Shown here piece after piece: positions 35,541 to 48,855 of a DNA stretch of 64,000 nucleotides. The notes under the pieces are model-generated. The model did no database searches. It was not told where the DNA came from and saw only the letters and a list, made by a program, of their open reading frames with translations. The DNA is from Nemertoderma westbladi. Its lineage: Eukaryota; Animalia; Xenacoelomorpha. The stretch lies in the NCBI GenBank assembly GCA_032718475.1, contig JAUCBJ010001840.1, positions 1 to 64,000 of the forward strand, in the 5' to 3' direction. The position numbers and the translations under genes were made by a program. How positions within the stretch are numbered: position 1 is the stretch's first letter; the number at the start of each line of letters is the position of its first letter.

Positions 35541-38325
35541 TATGGCGTCTCTAAAGGGTCAAAATATAAATGAATAAAAACCTCTATGAAACAAGAAAAA
35601 TGCCTCCATATTTGTTACTGCAGTAATAAATAATTGTTACTGCAGTAGAAATTATTAATTACTGCAGTAATAAATAAAAATTATTTTTTACTGCAGTATG
35701 AATTATTTGTTACTGCAGTAAAAATTTTTTTTTATTTATTACTGCAGTAATAAATAATTGTTACTGCAGAAATAAATATTTGTTACTGCAGTAACAATTA
35801 TTTATTACTGCAGTAACAATTGTTTCTTACCGCAGTAACAATTATTCATTACTGTAGTGACAATTATTTAATTCTGCAGTAACAATTATTTATTACTGCG
35901 AACACAGTAACAATTATTTATTACTGCAGTAACAATTATTTAATACTGCAGTAACAATTATTTATTACTGCAGTAACAATTATTTAATACTGCAGTAACA
36001 ATTATTTATTACTGCAGTAACAATTATTTGCTACTGCAGTAGCAAATATTTATTACTGCAGTAGCAAATATTTATTACTGCAGTAACAAATAATTATTAC
36101 TGCAGTAATAATTATTTGTTACTGCAGTAATAATTATTTGTTACTGCAGTACTAAACTGTCATTTCATTGGCCGATATAATTCAATTAATCTCCAATCAG
36201 AATCCGCAGTTATAAGGGACACCCAAAACCGGGTTTAATTGGTTGTTATGCAGCATATAATTCCACCAATGGGATCTTATGAAGCGTTTACGAAGCAATC
36301 ATATGGATTTGTCATTGCCAGATTACACTGTTTATGTTCTCTACCATAACGTAGGATGAAAAACGGGTATTCTTCACACTGTCACAGTCACATGGGCGAT
36401 AGTTTGGCCTACAATATGTAGCGGTATAATACGTGAACTGGTTAAGTGATATCTCCGGGCGGTTCAGCCTTTCATTTTAGATAGGACTACAGTAATGTAC
36501 TGGAAAACTGTAGGCCCAGTGTAAGTACAGAAGTACCGTATATCCAAATCAACTCACTGCAATGCAATTAGTATAGATTTACGTGGTACTCGCTATCTGG
36601 CAGCCAGGTTACTAGTTAAGTTGAGCCTGATTCGCATTGGAATTTAAGTGATAGGATATACGTATTGTATGCGATAATTAATTATTAACTTTTTAATATT
36701 ATGTTGAATTTGAACCACATGAACTAACAACTAAGTAGGCCTAATACTTTATCAATTTAATAATGCGTGTTATACAGTCTGACAGTAGGCCTACACAGTA
36801 CACACACTTATACAGTAGGGTTATCTTTATCTATCTATTCTATTCCATTATTCTATCTATTATCTTTAAAAAAATGATAAAATTAATAAATATCCGGATA
36901 ATATGTGAACTCTGCGTAGGGTTACGTGAATACCTTGGAATTTCAGAATACCTCGCACTAATCGACATCCAGCGTGAACATACTTCCTATGAATGGCTTC
37001 AATCTTTGATTTTAAATCGATGTCGGATATAATAGTGAATGTGTTTCTCCGTTGAATTTGAAATTGTCTCACCCGCCGAGTAATTGTGGACTTACTCACT
37101 CCAAACATTTTACTTATTTGTTTCCATGAAAATCCGGTGTCCCTAAAAAATTCAAGGCTTTCCTTATCGAAGACATATGTAGGTCGCCCTGATAACCCTG
37201 TATACATAAGGGTCGGGCGTAGCCGAGTAGGGTTGGAACAACAAGTGCTTATACCCATATCGATGGGTTGAATTGTATTTAACCAACGCAGCCATTGTTT
37301 GGTTTCATTAAACAGTTGTCCAACAATAATAGTTGGGCGGATAATTTGATGACTTTCAATTTGCCCCAATATCGCTACAAAATGTTCAAGATTTCGATGT
37401 ATATAGTTGTAATCATGTCCACGTACCCCAATGACAGAAATTGCCTCACATCTTTCTATAATGCTTGACAAATCGTCTAAAAAAGCGGAACCAAGGTCAT
37501 CCATGGGCTCGTCGAACACTCCGTACCTATTATGTATTGTTTAGTAGGCCTACTGGCTACTGCTAGAGAACATAAACAGTGTAATCTATGGCAATGACAA
37601 ATCCATTATGATTGCATCGTTAACGCTTCATAAGATCTCATTGGTGGAATTGTATGCTGCATAACAACCAATTAAACCCGGTTTTGGGTGGCCCTTATAA
37701 CTGCGGATTCTGATTGGGGATTAATTGAATTATATCGGCCAATGAAATGATAGTTTAGTACTGTAGTAATAAATATTCGCTACTGCAGTAAGAAATAATT
37801 ATTACTGCAGTAACAAATAATTATTACTGCAGTAATAAATATTTGCTACTGCAGTAATAAATATTTGCTACTGCAGTAGCAAATAATTGTTACTGCAGTA
37901 GCAAATAATTGTTACTGCAGTAATAAATAATTGTTACTGCAGTATTAAATAATTGTTACTGCAGTAATAAATAATTGTTACTGTGTTTGCAGTAATAAAT
38001 AATTGTTACTGCAGAATTAAATAATTGTTACTACAGTAATAAATAATTGTTACTGCAGTAATAAATAATTGTTACTGCGGTAAGAAACAATTGTTACTGC
38101 AGCAATAATTATTTATTACTGCAGTAATAAATAAAATTTTTTTTTACTGCAGTAACAAATAATTCATACTGCAGTAAAAAAGAAATTTTTATTCATTACT
38201 GCAGTAATTAATAATTTCTACTGCAGTAGCAATTATTTATTACTGCAGTAACAAATATGGAGGCATTTTTCTTGTTTCATAGAGGTTTTTATTCATTTAT
38301 ATTTTGACCCCATAGAGACGCCATA
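35541..38325 (-). mobile_element. IS3EU-like DNA transposon deletion derivative with ~800-bp foldback TIRs
   Basis: Ends TATGG...CCATA; inverted arms ~35541-36344 and ~37563-38325 with arrays of TTACTGCAGTAA; truncated HTH transposase in the middle; no TSD seen. Confidence 0.8.
36866..37519 (-). pseudogene. Truncated transposase N-terminus (HTH; DDE core missing)
   Basis: GRPTYVFDKESLEFFRDTGFSWKQISKMFGVSKSTITRR..ISDIDL..G.RLVRGILKFQGIHV is typical of IS3EU/integrase-core family N-termini. Confidence 0.7.
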
Positions 38326-38660
38326 GATAGGGGTCTGTTTGTGTGCAGATGTTCGGTAGGTCATTCGATTCTACTAAGAATAACAATGTTGCTAGAATAC
38401 TGTCAACGCTGTCAACGTCTTTAGTTTTTGACACTGCATGCCCAACTTTCACTGATTGAGTTCTATCTGATAGATAGCTACGTATCATTTCCCATAGTTT
38501 TCCCCGAATTGCTAATTTTCATAATTTTAGTAGCACCGAACTATGAGATATAGAATCAAAAGCCTTTTGAAAGTCTAGATAAATTATTTCTACTGTTGAA
38601 TCACATTATTTTCTATAGCGTGATATATTTTATCTAAAACCACAAGCAGTTGAAGAACGG
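38326..38660 (-). pseudogene. CR1-type RT fragment
   Basis: Minus strand IYLDFQKAFDSISH...IRSYLSDRTQSVKVG...LFLV..NDLP. Confidence 0.75.
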
Positions 38661-39119
38661 GTGGCTGCTGTTTTTATTGCTGGCTTTTTGTAAACTGAGC
38701 GGAAGAATTCGGAAAAAAAGGTCAGCTTGTTCTGCCGGTGTACATGCATGCGGTATACCCATTATAAGTTACAAGAGGTGGTATTGCATTGATGTTACGT
38801 AAAGATTTGAAGTATTTATAGAGTTGTTGCATAGAGCGACTACTGGCTAGTTTTCATTCATGTTGAGCCTGGTCAGTTTCTAGATCCGTATTTATTTCGT
38901 GTGGGGCGTGTTCCGGGAATGTACCCGGACCGCAGAAGGAAATCGGGAACTGGAATGTAGTTTTTAACACTCGGTCCTTTTATTCCAAACAAACGTAAAC
39001 ACATTTCCTGATAACCGGTATGAAATATCAACAAAGCGAGTACCGTAGACAACAGGCTAATGGGTGGTACTGCATGGAAAACACAGTATATTATCATAAG
39101 ACAGGTACAGTATGACAAC

Positions 39120-39875
39120 TAGGGTGGTGCGTTTTTACTTTTTTTCGATTTCGTTGTTCTACCGGTGTGCAAAAGTTGCCAAATGGTAAAAAATTAAGGC
39201 AAAAAAAATTTCTCTAAATTTCATCTATATCTTGACGGATTGAAATTTTGAGCCTTCGCGATGCACCACAATTAAAATTATAACAATATAACACATTAAT
39301 GAAAGATTAATGACTCAAGAAAGAACTTCCAGCATGCATCAAATGTCATCAAATGGGTCCAAACTTAGTTAGATACCAAAATTATAATTTTTGGATCAAG
39401 GGAACTAGTGCTACATTTGGCGCAAGTGGTGATAATTCTTAATTTTCGCGATAGCCAACGTTGAGTTCTCCTACTGCATTAATATTATGCTCATTAGAAC
39501 CGCAATGTCCGATTTAGTGGAGGTAGACAACTTCAAAACAAACGAAGAGCGAATAGTTCTTGAGATATTGCAGAAAATGTGAAGTCCGGCACAAGTCTAC
39601 TTTACCACCTTGGTGCGATATTGACAAATCCTTTGTAAAAATTTAATTTTGAATTATCTCAAGGAATCAATAATAGACACATCACAGAAATGATCGATGT
39701 ATTGGGTGTCGACACCTTTAAAATAAGAGTAGAGTCATTAGTTCTTAAGTTATTTCACAAAATGTCAAGACTATATCCACCAATTAATACTTGATATTGA
39801 GTTGACCCATTCCACAAAATTTGTACAAAAACTATAGTGAATTAATCAGTACTCTTTAATTTTGAAGGTGTCTGT
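39120..39875. mobile_element. Unclassified DNA-transposon terminal fragment
   Basis: Starts TAGGGTGGTGCG with AT-rich subterminal sequence; no partner TIR found. Confidence 0.3.
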
Positions 39876-42800
39876 GTACACAATTATACTGTGTTATACT
39901 GTAAGCACTACAACTGATACTGCATGTAGGTAAAACACACTCCCTGCTCGGCCTTGGCCGAAAATTTACACAAAGGCATGGATATTGATCCATGAAATAA
40001 GTTCTAGAATAATGTTATATCATGTGAAAGACGGTGAGCACAATAGTTCAAAACATTCCATAAAATGGTATATAACCTAAATTATCCTAACAATATACAA
40101 ACACTTGTACAAATAATGCATATAAAGATAATGTATGATTCCTAAAACATTTCTTAATTAAAAGATCCCATGAGTTATGATTACTTCAATCCCTATCTTA
40201 ACCCTATCTAACCTATGACGATTAAACTATTATACTAAGTCAATTCCAAGTACTGTTCAAATAGATGAGTTTCAAGTTACTTAGTTATATTATTTATGGT
40301 GCCACAGCAGAACTAGCTCAGAGATTGGCTGGGGAAATATGGCTTGGGAGTCTTGTCCTTTCCAAGTCGGACCAGACGAATGGTTACTGAGCCCACTATG
40401 TTATCTCCACTGATCTTTACTGCGTTGACAATGCCTGTGGGCCAATTATTATGATGCAGGTTTTTCTCTCTTATAAGGACGAGGTCTCCAACTTCTAATG
40501 AGGTCTTTGGGTTCTTCCACTTACGCCGTGCCTGTAACGTTAACATATAATTATCTTTCCATCGAAACCAGAATTGATCCGCGAGATATTGCACTCATCG
40601 CCATCTACGTGACCCATATATGAGGATGTCAGACTTATGAAAGCTATCCATTTGTGGTGGTGGGTGTCCATCTTCCTTTAAGGTCAAGATCATGGATGGG
40701 TTAAGAGGTTGGGGATCAACAGGGTTTGTTGATACATCCCAGAGTGGTGTTGAATTGATAATTGCAGATGCTTCAACCAAGGCTGTATGTAACTTATCCC
40801 TAGCCAGCCTCTGGGGTCCCATGAGCATCAGAGTCAATCTAAAATCCTCCTTATGGATCCTATCTTCCTTTCCCAGCTGCCTCCAAAATGAGAAGCATGG
40901 GGAGGATTAAATTCCCACTTTACACCTCGATCTTTCAAATCATGTTCTATCGCTTCAAAATCGTTTTTTGCTTCATCCCATGTGCCTCTATAAAGTTTGA
41001 ACTTCTATCATTATGCAGGGTTCTGCATAAACCACGTATTCCTATAAATCGCCGAAGGGCATTCCTGAAGCTAGGTGTGTCCAACGAGAGCAATAATTCG
41101 ATATGCACTGCCCTACATACGAGGCAAGTTAGAAGGAGTGCCCATGTTTTCTGATTGCCTGTATTTTGTCATGTTGTTCTTCCCTCTGAAATCGTCCAGG
41201 GTCCAAATACATCAAGTCCGGTATTTGTGAATGGTGGGACTTGCTCAAGCCTATCTTTGGGCAGATCAGCCATTTGGTGGGATCCAAGTTCACCTCTCAT
41301 CATTTGGCAGAGGATACAGTTCTTAATGTAATCCTTGATGAGTGTTTGTCCCTTCAAGAGATGAAACCATGCACTACGGATGGCTCCATGAGTAAAACTT
41401 CTGCTAGGGGCTGTTTCTCTGGTATCAGACGGGGGTGTTGAGCATCAAAAGGGATATCTGCCCTTCTAATTCGACCACCAACCAGAGGTGTACCATTTGC
41501 GTTCAAGAAAGGTGCCAACTCTGCGATTGGATGTGATTCTGGAATGTGCCTTCCAGCTCTAAGCTCTCGCAGGATGTCAGGATAGCAATCCTTCTGAGCA
41601 TCCTGTACTAAAAATTCCTCTGCATCAGAGATAAATATAGGTGAGTTCATACATGTTGAACTGATAGTTTTAGATGGGTCCTTTTTGATTCGGATTCTCC
41701 TGAGGAGCATTCTACAAAACTTTAGGACCAGTTGTACAGCGGAAACGATTCTGGTCCACTACCCATTTTCTTGTAGATATGATAGAATACACATGTAGCC
41801 CTATGGCTTTGAAACTTACAAGTCATCAGGGCAGTTTTACCTCGATCTATGACAACTTCAGGTAGATCTTTCAAATCCAAAACACTATTCTCTGAACCAG
41901 TTTTGACCAAATGTATGGGAGAGTATTCTGCTCTAAGAAAATCACGGCCTTGGAGCCACTTAGAAGAACTCAAAGGAATAGGATCAGCTGGTCTTGATGC
42001 AATATCTGCCGGGTTCAAACTAGATGGTATATAATTCCACTGAATTGGCATTCTAATCTGACAAATTATGTGGATTCGCCGTGAGATATATCTGCTAAAA
42101 CGAGCCTTTGAATTTGTTACATAGCCTAATATTACCATACTATCAGAGTAGTAGTAGATATTATGTGGTTTTTGATGTAGAGCATAATCAACTTCTCTAC
42201 TGGCCACTGTAGCTTCTAGTGCAGCGCTAAGTTCCAACCTAGGTATGGATGTCCCACTATGTGGTGTTACCTTTGAGTTACCAGTCACAAAACCCACATA
42301 TACTTCTCCACTTTTGTTGACTGATTTCATATAAATCACGTATCCAATACCTTTATCGGAGGCATCATAAAAAACATAAAGATCTTGCTATGTACAGACT
42401 CCAAAATATAGTGGACGGAATAGGGAGTTGATCCAGTGCCACTAAAGATAGTAGCCAGTCATCCCACTCCTTCCGGAAACGCATGGGAAGTTCCTTATCC
42501 CATCCACAACTCTCTAGCTCTTCACACGAATCTGCTTTCCTTGGTAAGATAGAACGTTGTATTATCCGTCCAGCTAGGACAACAGGACTTGCTACACCTA
42601 TTGGATTAAATATTGAATTTATAGTTGAGAGTACCCCTCTCCTAGTAAGAGGTTTTTGTGGGATCTCAATTTTGAGAATAAAGCAGTCCAATCTTGTATC
42701 CAATGTAACCCCAAGTGTCCGTTGTAGATTGGACTCACTTATCTCAACACTCGTGGGATCACTTCCACATTCTGAAGGTGGAAATGCTGTTAACACATCC

Positions 42801-44240
42801 ACATGGCTTGATGCAATCTTATGTAGTCGGATATGGAATTGTGAAAGAGTTTGGATAGATCCTTGTAAGACTGATACTGCACCTTGGATACTAGTGGTTT
42901 CGTTGCATCATTTCCATCAAACCAATAAAACCGTAAGAAATCGCGGTGGTCTGGATCCACATGGAAACAATAGAACATTGCTTCCACATCTGCCTTGAAT
43001 CCCACAGCTCCTTCTCGAAATCTTATCAATACATCTCTCAGAGGATTATTCTCATTGGGACCTTGTATCAGTTGCTCATTAAGACTAGTTCCATAATACT
43101 TTGTGGAACTATCAATATCAATAGAAAGGAAGAGGGACTTGGATCCAGCCATCACCATTTATCTTAATATTTGGTATTATCCTTTTCTCAAATAGAAGAT
43201 CATCCTGTGAGTGATTTCCCAGTTAATTCATCATCAGGGAGGTTTAAGAAAGGTTGTTTTTAATCATGCTCACTGACTCAGGAAGAGAATGGTAACTACA
43301 CTTGCTAAAGGTTGGCACACTCTCCAGGTGGTTATCTGAACATATATGCAGTGTGGTAGATGTGGATGATTTGCGGGTAGAATGGGGACATGTTTGGCCA
43401 GCAATTTCCCACCCTAAAGGTGTCTTATGAAGAATTGGTGGTATACTACCATAGGTTTTTGTGGGAAGTAATTCACTACAATCACGACCAAGGAGAATGA
43501 GTGTTTCAGCTAAATCATCTCTTACTGGAAACCTATTTGCAGAGTTTTGGATATGTGGGAGACTTTTTATTATTTCAGGAGTAGCAATATCATTTCTTGC
43601 TTCAGGAATCCCCGCATTTGTATACAGTGGTGGAAGATAGAAGCTCCTAGATTCGGTAACCCCTTTAATTTCTACATACCTGAAACCTGGAACTGTGACT
43701 GTGTTAAAGTTGAAATCGTGTAATCATATGTTGGAGCTTTGATACCTAAGAATTCGGTAACTTTGGATCTATGTAAGACGAGTTAGATTGTTTGTATATA
43801 CTCTCAATTTCGTGTCTGAATGGTCTGGAGCTTTGAGATCCACCAAAAAGATTTTGCTGAAACTCTGATTTTCGATTCCACATTGCGCAATACAGTGAGT
43901 TTGTTTGTCATTTGTCTTATTAACATTTGGTGGTCTTGGCTGTTTGTTCTGAGCCTGAGATATGTGTATGTGTATAAAATGTGCATAAATGTGTATGACT
44001 GACACATGGTCTGACTTTTTACAGATTGATCAGAATGTTTCTTCTCTGCATCTACTCTTGAAATGTTCACCGAGACATTTGTAACAAAGACGGTTTTGAC
44101 GAATAAACTGTTGTTTCTCTTCTATCTTTAGGGTGCCAAAGTCATGACATTCTTGGAGTGGATGACCTCTTCGATTGTGGAATATACACATAGGTTTTTC
44201 TGTTTCCTTCTGTTTTCTGTTCTGTTTTCCTTTTCGGAGT
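39876..44240 (-). mobile_element. Decayed BEL/Pao element BEL-3 (gag end, PR, partial RT, RNase H, IN; stub of 3' LTR)
   Basis: Fragments CIFHNRRGHPLQEC/CYKCLGEH, SLNEQLIQGP..ADVEAMFY, SIPRLELSAA..NPADIASR, PPFTNTGLDVFGP, QYLADQFWFRW; PPT CAGGGAGTG (39938-39946) then TGT at 39937; many frameshifts. Confidence 0.88.
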
Positions 44241-44310
44241 CTTATCAATCTCAGTTTTTAAAGTTGTATAGCTGGCTCCTTGAGCGTAGCCAGTCGCCTA
44301 CATAGGTAGT
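44240..44310 (-). pseudogene. Unique LINE ORF2 C-terminal stub continuing from the satellite
   Basis: Minus strand reads SLP...then (with a shift) TFK.TEIDK directly after the last satellite monomer. Confidence 0.5.
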
Positions 44311-46825
44311 GAGTAAGAGAAGGACCGAGCGCCAAAGGATACTAGGTTGTAACGGGGTATTCTTATTAAAAACGACAGGTGCTGAGTAAGAGAAGGAGCG
44401 AACGCCAACTGATACTAGGTTGTAATGGGGTATTTCTATTAAAAACGACAGGTGCTGCTTATGAGAAGGAGCGAGCGCCAAAGAATACTAGGTTGTAACG
44501 GGGTATTTCTATTAAAAACAACAGGTGCTGAGTATGAGAAGGAGCTAGTGCCAAAGGGTACTAGGTTATAACAGGGTATTTCTATTAAAAACGACAGGTG
44601 CTGAGTAAGAGAAGGAGCGAGCACCAAAGGATACTAGGTTAAAAACGACAGTTGCTGAGTAAGAGGATGAGTGAGCGCCAAAGTATACTAGATTGTAACA
44701 GGGTATTTCTAATAAAAACGACAGGTGCTGAGTACGAGAAGGAGCAAGCACCAAAGGATACTAGGTTAAAAACGACAGTTGCTGAGTAAGAGGAGGAGTG
44801 AGCGCCAAAGGATACTAGGTTGTAACAGGGTATTTCTAATAAAAACGACAGGTGCTGAATACGAGAAGGAGTGAGTGCCAAAGGGTTACTAGGTTGTAAC
44901 AGGGTATTTCTATTAAAAACGACAGGTGCTGAGTAAGAGAAGGAGCGAGCACCAAAGGATACTAGGTTAAAAACGACAGTTGCTGAGTAAGAGGAGGAGT
45001 GAGCGCCAAAGGATACTAGGTTGTAATTGTAATGGGGTATTTTTATTAAAAACGACAGGTGCTGAGTAAGAGAAGGAGCGAGCGCCAACTGATACTAGGT
45101 TGTAACGGGGTATTTCTATTAAAAACGACAGGTGCTGCTTATGAGAAGGAGCGAGCGCCAAAGAATACTAGGTTGTAACGGGGTATTTCTATTAAAAACA
45201 ACAGGTGCTGAGTACGAGAAGGTGCGAGCGCCAAAGGGTACTAGGTTATAACAGGGTATTTCTATTAAAAACGACAGGTGCTGAGTAAGAGAAGGAGCGA
45301 GCACCAAAGGATACTAGGTTAAAAACGACAGTTGCTGAGTAAGAGGAGGAGTGAGCGCCAAAGGATACTAGGTTGTAACGGGGTATTTCTAATAAAAACG
45401 ACAGGTGCTGAGTAAGAGAAGGAGCGAGCACCAAAGGATACTAGGTTAAAAACGACAGTTGCTGAGTAAGAGGAGGAGTGAGCGCCAAAGGATACTAGGT
45501 TGTAACGGGGTATTTTTATTAAAAACGATGGGTGCTGAGTAAGAGGAGGAGTGAGCGCCAAAGGATACTAGGTTGTAACGGGGTATTTCTAATAAAAACG
45601 ACAGGTGCTGAATACGAGAAGGAGTGAGTGCCAAAGGGTTACTAGGTTGTAACAGGGTATTTCTATTAAAAACGACAGGTGCTGAGTAAGTGAAGGAGCG
45701 AGCACCAAAGGATACTAGGTTAAAAACGACAGTTGCTGAGTAAGAGGAGGAGTGAGCGCCAAAGGATACTAGGTTGTAACGGGGTATTTCTAATAAAAAC
45801 GACAGGTGCTGAGTACGAGAAGGAGCGAGCACCAAAGGATACTAGGTTGTAATGGGGTATTTTTATTAAAAACGATAGGTGCTGAGTAACAGAAGGAGCG
45901 AGTGCCAAAGGATACAAGGTTGTAACGGGGTATTTCTATTAAAAACAACAGGTGCTGAGTACGAGAAGGGTACTAGGTTATAACAGGGTATTTCTATTAA
46001 AAACGACAGGTGCTGAGTAAGAGAAAGAGCGAGCACCAAAGGATACTAGGTTAAAAACGACAGTTGCTGAGTAAGAGGAGGAGTGAGCGCCAAAGGATAC
46101 TAGGTTGTAACAGGGTATTTCTAATAAAAACGACAGGTGCTGAGTACGAGAAGGAGCGAGCACCAAAGGATACTATGTTAAAAACGACAGTTGCTGAGTA
46201 AGAGGATGAGTGAGCGCCAAAGGATACTAGATTGTAACAGGGTATTTCTAATAAAAACGACAGGTGCTGAGTTAAAAACGACAGTTGCTGAGTAAGAGGA
46301 GTGAGCGCCAAAGGATACTAGGTTGTAACGGGGTATTTTTATTAAAAACGATAGGTGCTGAGTAACAGAAGGAGCGAGTGCCAAAGGATACAAGGTTGTA
46401 ACGGGGTATTTCTATTAAAAACAACAGGTGCTGAGTACGAGAAGGAGCGAGCACCAAAGGATACTAGGTTAAAAACGACAGTTGCTGAGTAAGAGGAGGA
46501 GTGAGCGCCAAAGGATACTAGGTTGTAACAGGGTATTTCTAATAAAAACGACAGGTGCTGAGTACGAGAAGGAGCGAGCACCAAAGGATACTATGTTAAA
46601 AACGACAGTTGCTGAGTAAGAGGATGAGTGAGCGCCAAAGGATACTAGATTGTAACAGGGTATTTCTAATAAAAACGACAGGTGCTGAGTTAAAAACGAC
46701 AGTTGCTGAGTAAGAGGAGTGAGCGCCAAAGGATACTAGGTTGTAACGGGGTATTTCTAATAAAAACGACAGGTGCTGAATACGAGAAGGAGTGAGTGCC
46801 AAAGGGTTACTAGGTTGTAACAGGG
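44310..46825. repeat. 73-bp satellite array, left arm (with 54-bp deletion variants)
   Basis: Consensus AAAAACGACAGGTGCTGAGTAAGAGAAGGAGCGAGCGCCAAAGGATACTAGGTTGTAACGGGGTATTTCTATT. Confidence 0.97.
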
Positions 46826-47427
46826 TATCACGTTGGCTAAAAGAATCCTTTGTGAAGATTCTATAGCCGGGAAGGAAATAAGGAGGGCCGGTTGCGGTAC
46901 TCCAAGTATTTCTTCCCCTGGGCCACGTGTAAGCCTTGACTGGGCTGATAATTCTAGAGCTACTTTTATAAGGATGTCCAAACCTCCCAAACAGACTCCA
47001 GGCTCTCCCTGCACCTTAATATAAATACCCAAACTGCCAAACCCAATAGAGTTACCTGATTGCCAAAGTTACCTTGCTCGCTTGACCGCGAGTGAAGCCC
47101 CTCCCCACGGCGGAATAGAGTGACGGAAATATAAGTTGTAACCAACGATATAATAGAGAACGGACGACGGACCCGGTGACCTGGTGGATTGTTCTAGGCG
47201 CTGGTGAGTAATGTTGTTTGTTATTGTAGGATTGGGAACAAATCCCATAAGAACTTTATGAATTCTCCCAGTCAGTAGTTAGCAGTACTGCAGTATGCCT
47301 ACATCGGTAGGCTACTCTCTGTGTTGCAGGAGTAGTGCAGTCGTGTCCTGTCACTTCTGCTGTCTGCTATCTGATGGATACCGGAAGTGTCATTTTGTCA
47401 TTTCACAGGCCACCAGGTGACGTCATA
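46826..47427 (-). repeat. BEL-2 3' LTR (TA..TA termini)
   Basis: Plus strand TATCACG...CGTCATA; direct repeat of 58335-58936. Confidence 0.95.
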
Positions 47428-47435
47428 CCGCTCCC
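47428..47435 (-). promoter_or_regulatory. Polypurine tract GGGAGCGG of BEL-2
   Basis: Abuts the 3' LTR; identical to the BEL-1 PPT. Confidence 0.8.
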
Positions 47436-48855
47436 TAAAAAATTTATTTATAAATTATTTATAAACAAAAAGGAAACTGGTGGTACAATATGGTGTATAT
47501 ATTTTGAGTTGGAACTCAAATTAATTAACTATCAATAAGGGAATATAAACTAAGAAAGGCATTTAATTTACTTATTGCACCGTTATTACAACAACAACAA
47601 AAATTTCTAAAAATTTACGATTGAGTATGATTAACTCGAAATGAAATACTTAGTACTTGCTGGCTCCCATTTAGGCAAGGTTTCTCTAGGTAATGTTTGC
47701 TGAATATGCTGATCCAGTAAACACTATTGCACTATATGTATAACTTAATATATATTCTTAGAATAATAACATGATTAATATAATGGACTTTCTGAATAAA
47801 ACTATATTACCGGCAAGTAAAGTTATCATATCAAAGAAATTATCAACAAACCAAGTATTAACAATATAAACATTTCAACGCCAAATTAATCAAACTTCTG
47901 AAATTCTAATAGACTCCGTTTTCGGGGACTGACTCCTGAAGGTCATTCACCCGGTGTTTTTCCCGTCTGCAGGCAATTTCCAAGGAAAGGTTGAGATAAT
48001 TATTTGGTTCACCAGTAAGATAGATAACGAGTCACCCATCACGTCACGCAGATCCGATCCGTCTAGGTATATATAGGTCTAGCATCGGTCCAACGAAACA
48101 TCTTTGTCCCAGGACGTCTGTGGTTCCGTAGCCTAGGTAAATAGCCGTTGCCGTGGGGGGGGGGGGGGGGGGGGGGGGTCAAATGGAGTATTCCAAAGTT
48201 GGCGATAAGGCAATTAGTCCCTCACCCACCGTTCGATTCCCCCCAATAATAATAAACCCATAGAGATAGCCTGGGTTTTTCTATATTATTATTATGTTAT
48301 ATAGTATCACACTGTTTCATAATCAAAATCAATCCAATCAGGCGATTACCTCTTAAAATGTAAAAGTAATCAAATTGGTGATAACTTAAATTCACCAAAC
48401 TGAAACCAAGAGGAAGAATAACTTCAGAGATTAATTATTTTTTAATTAATCAAACAGTTTTAGTTATAATAAATGTTATTTTTATTTTTTAAACACTCCG
48501 ACCCTCCTTCGGTCTAAAATGTATTTTATTAAGTCATTAAATTTTTCTCGAATTACTTTTGAAGGTTGATCATTAATTAAAAATTTTATCGTTAACTATA
48601 AATTCAACAAATCTCAATAAATTTAAATAAATTTAAATTTATTACCGGAATTATGTTTATATGTCTCTATGGATGTCATATTTTGTTCTAATTCATGCGC
48701 TAGTTTCTTAGATCAGATAAATATGAACATCATACGATCTATTCATACTAAACATACAACGCATTATAATACACACATTCTTTGCTATATTAAATCGGTT
48801 ATCTGTATACAGTTTCAGTTAATAAGTAGAATCATTAAAGTTATTAACACGGCAT

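Noticed and set aside
38651-39117. Possible solo LTR on the minus strand (TGTCAT start, TATAAATA, AATAAA, ..TTCA end)
   Set aside because: No TSD, and the putative end overlaps CR1 coding sequence (VLQLL); boundaries unsupported
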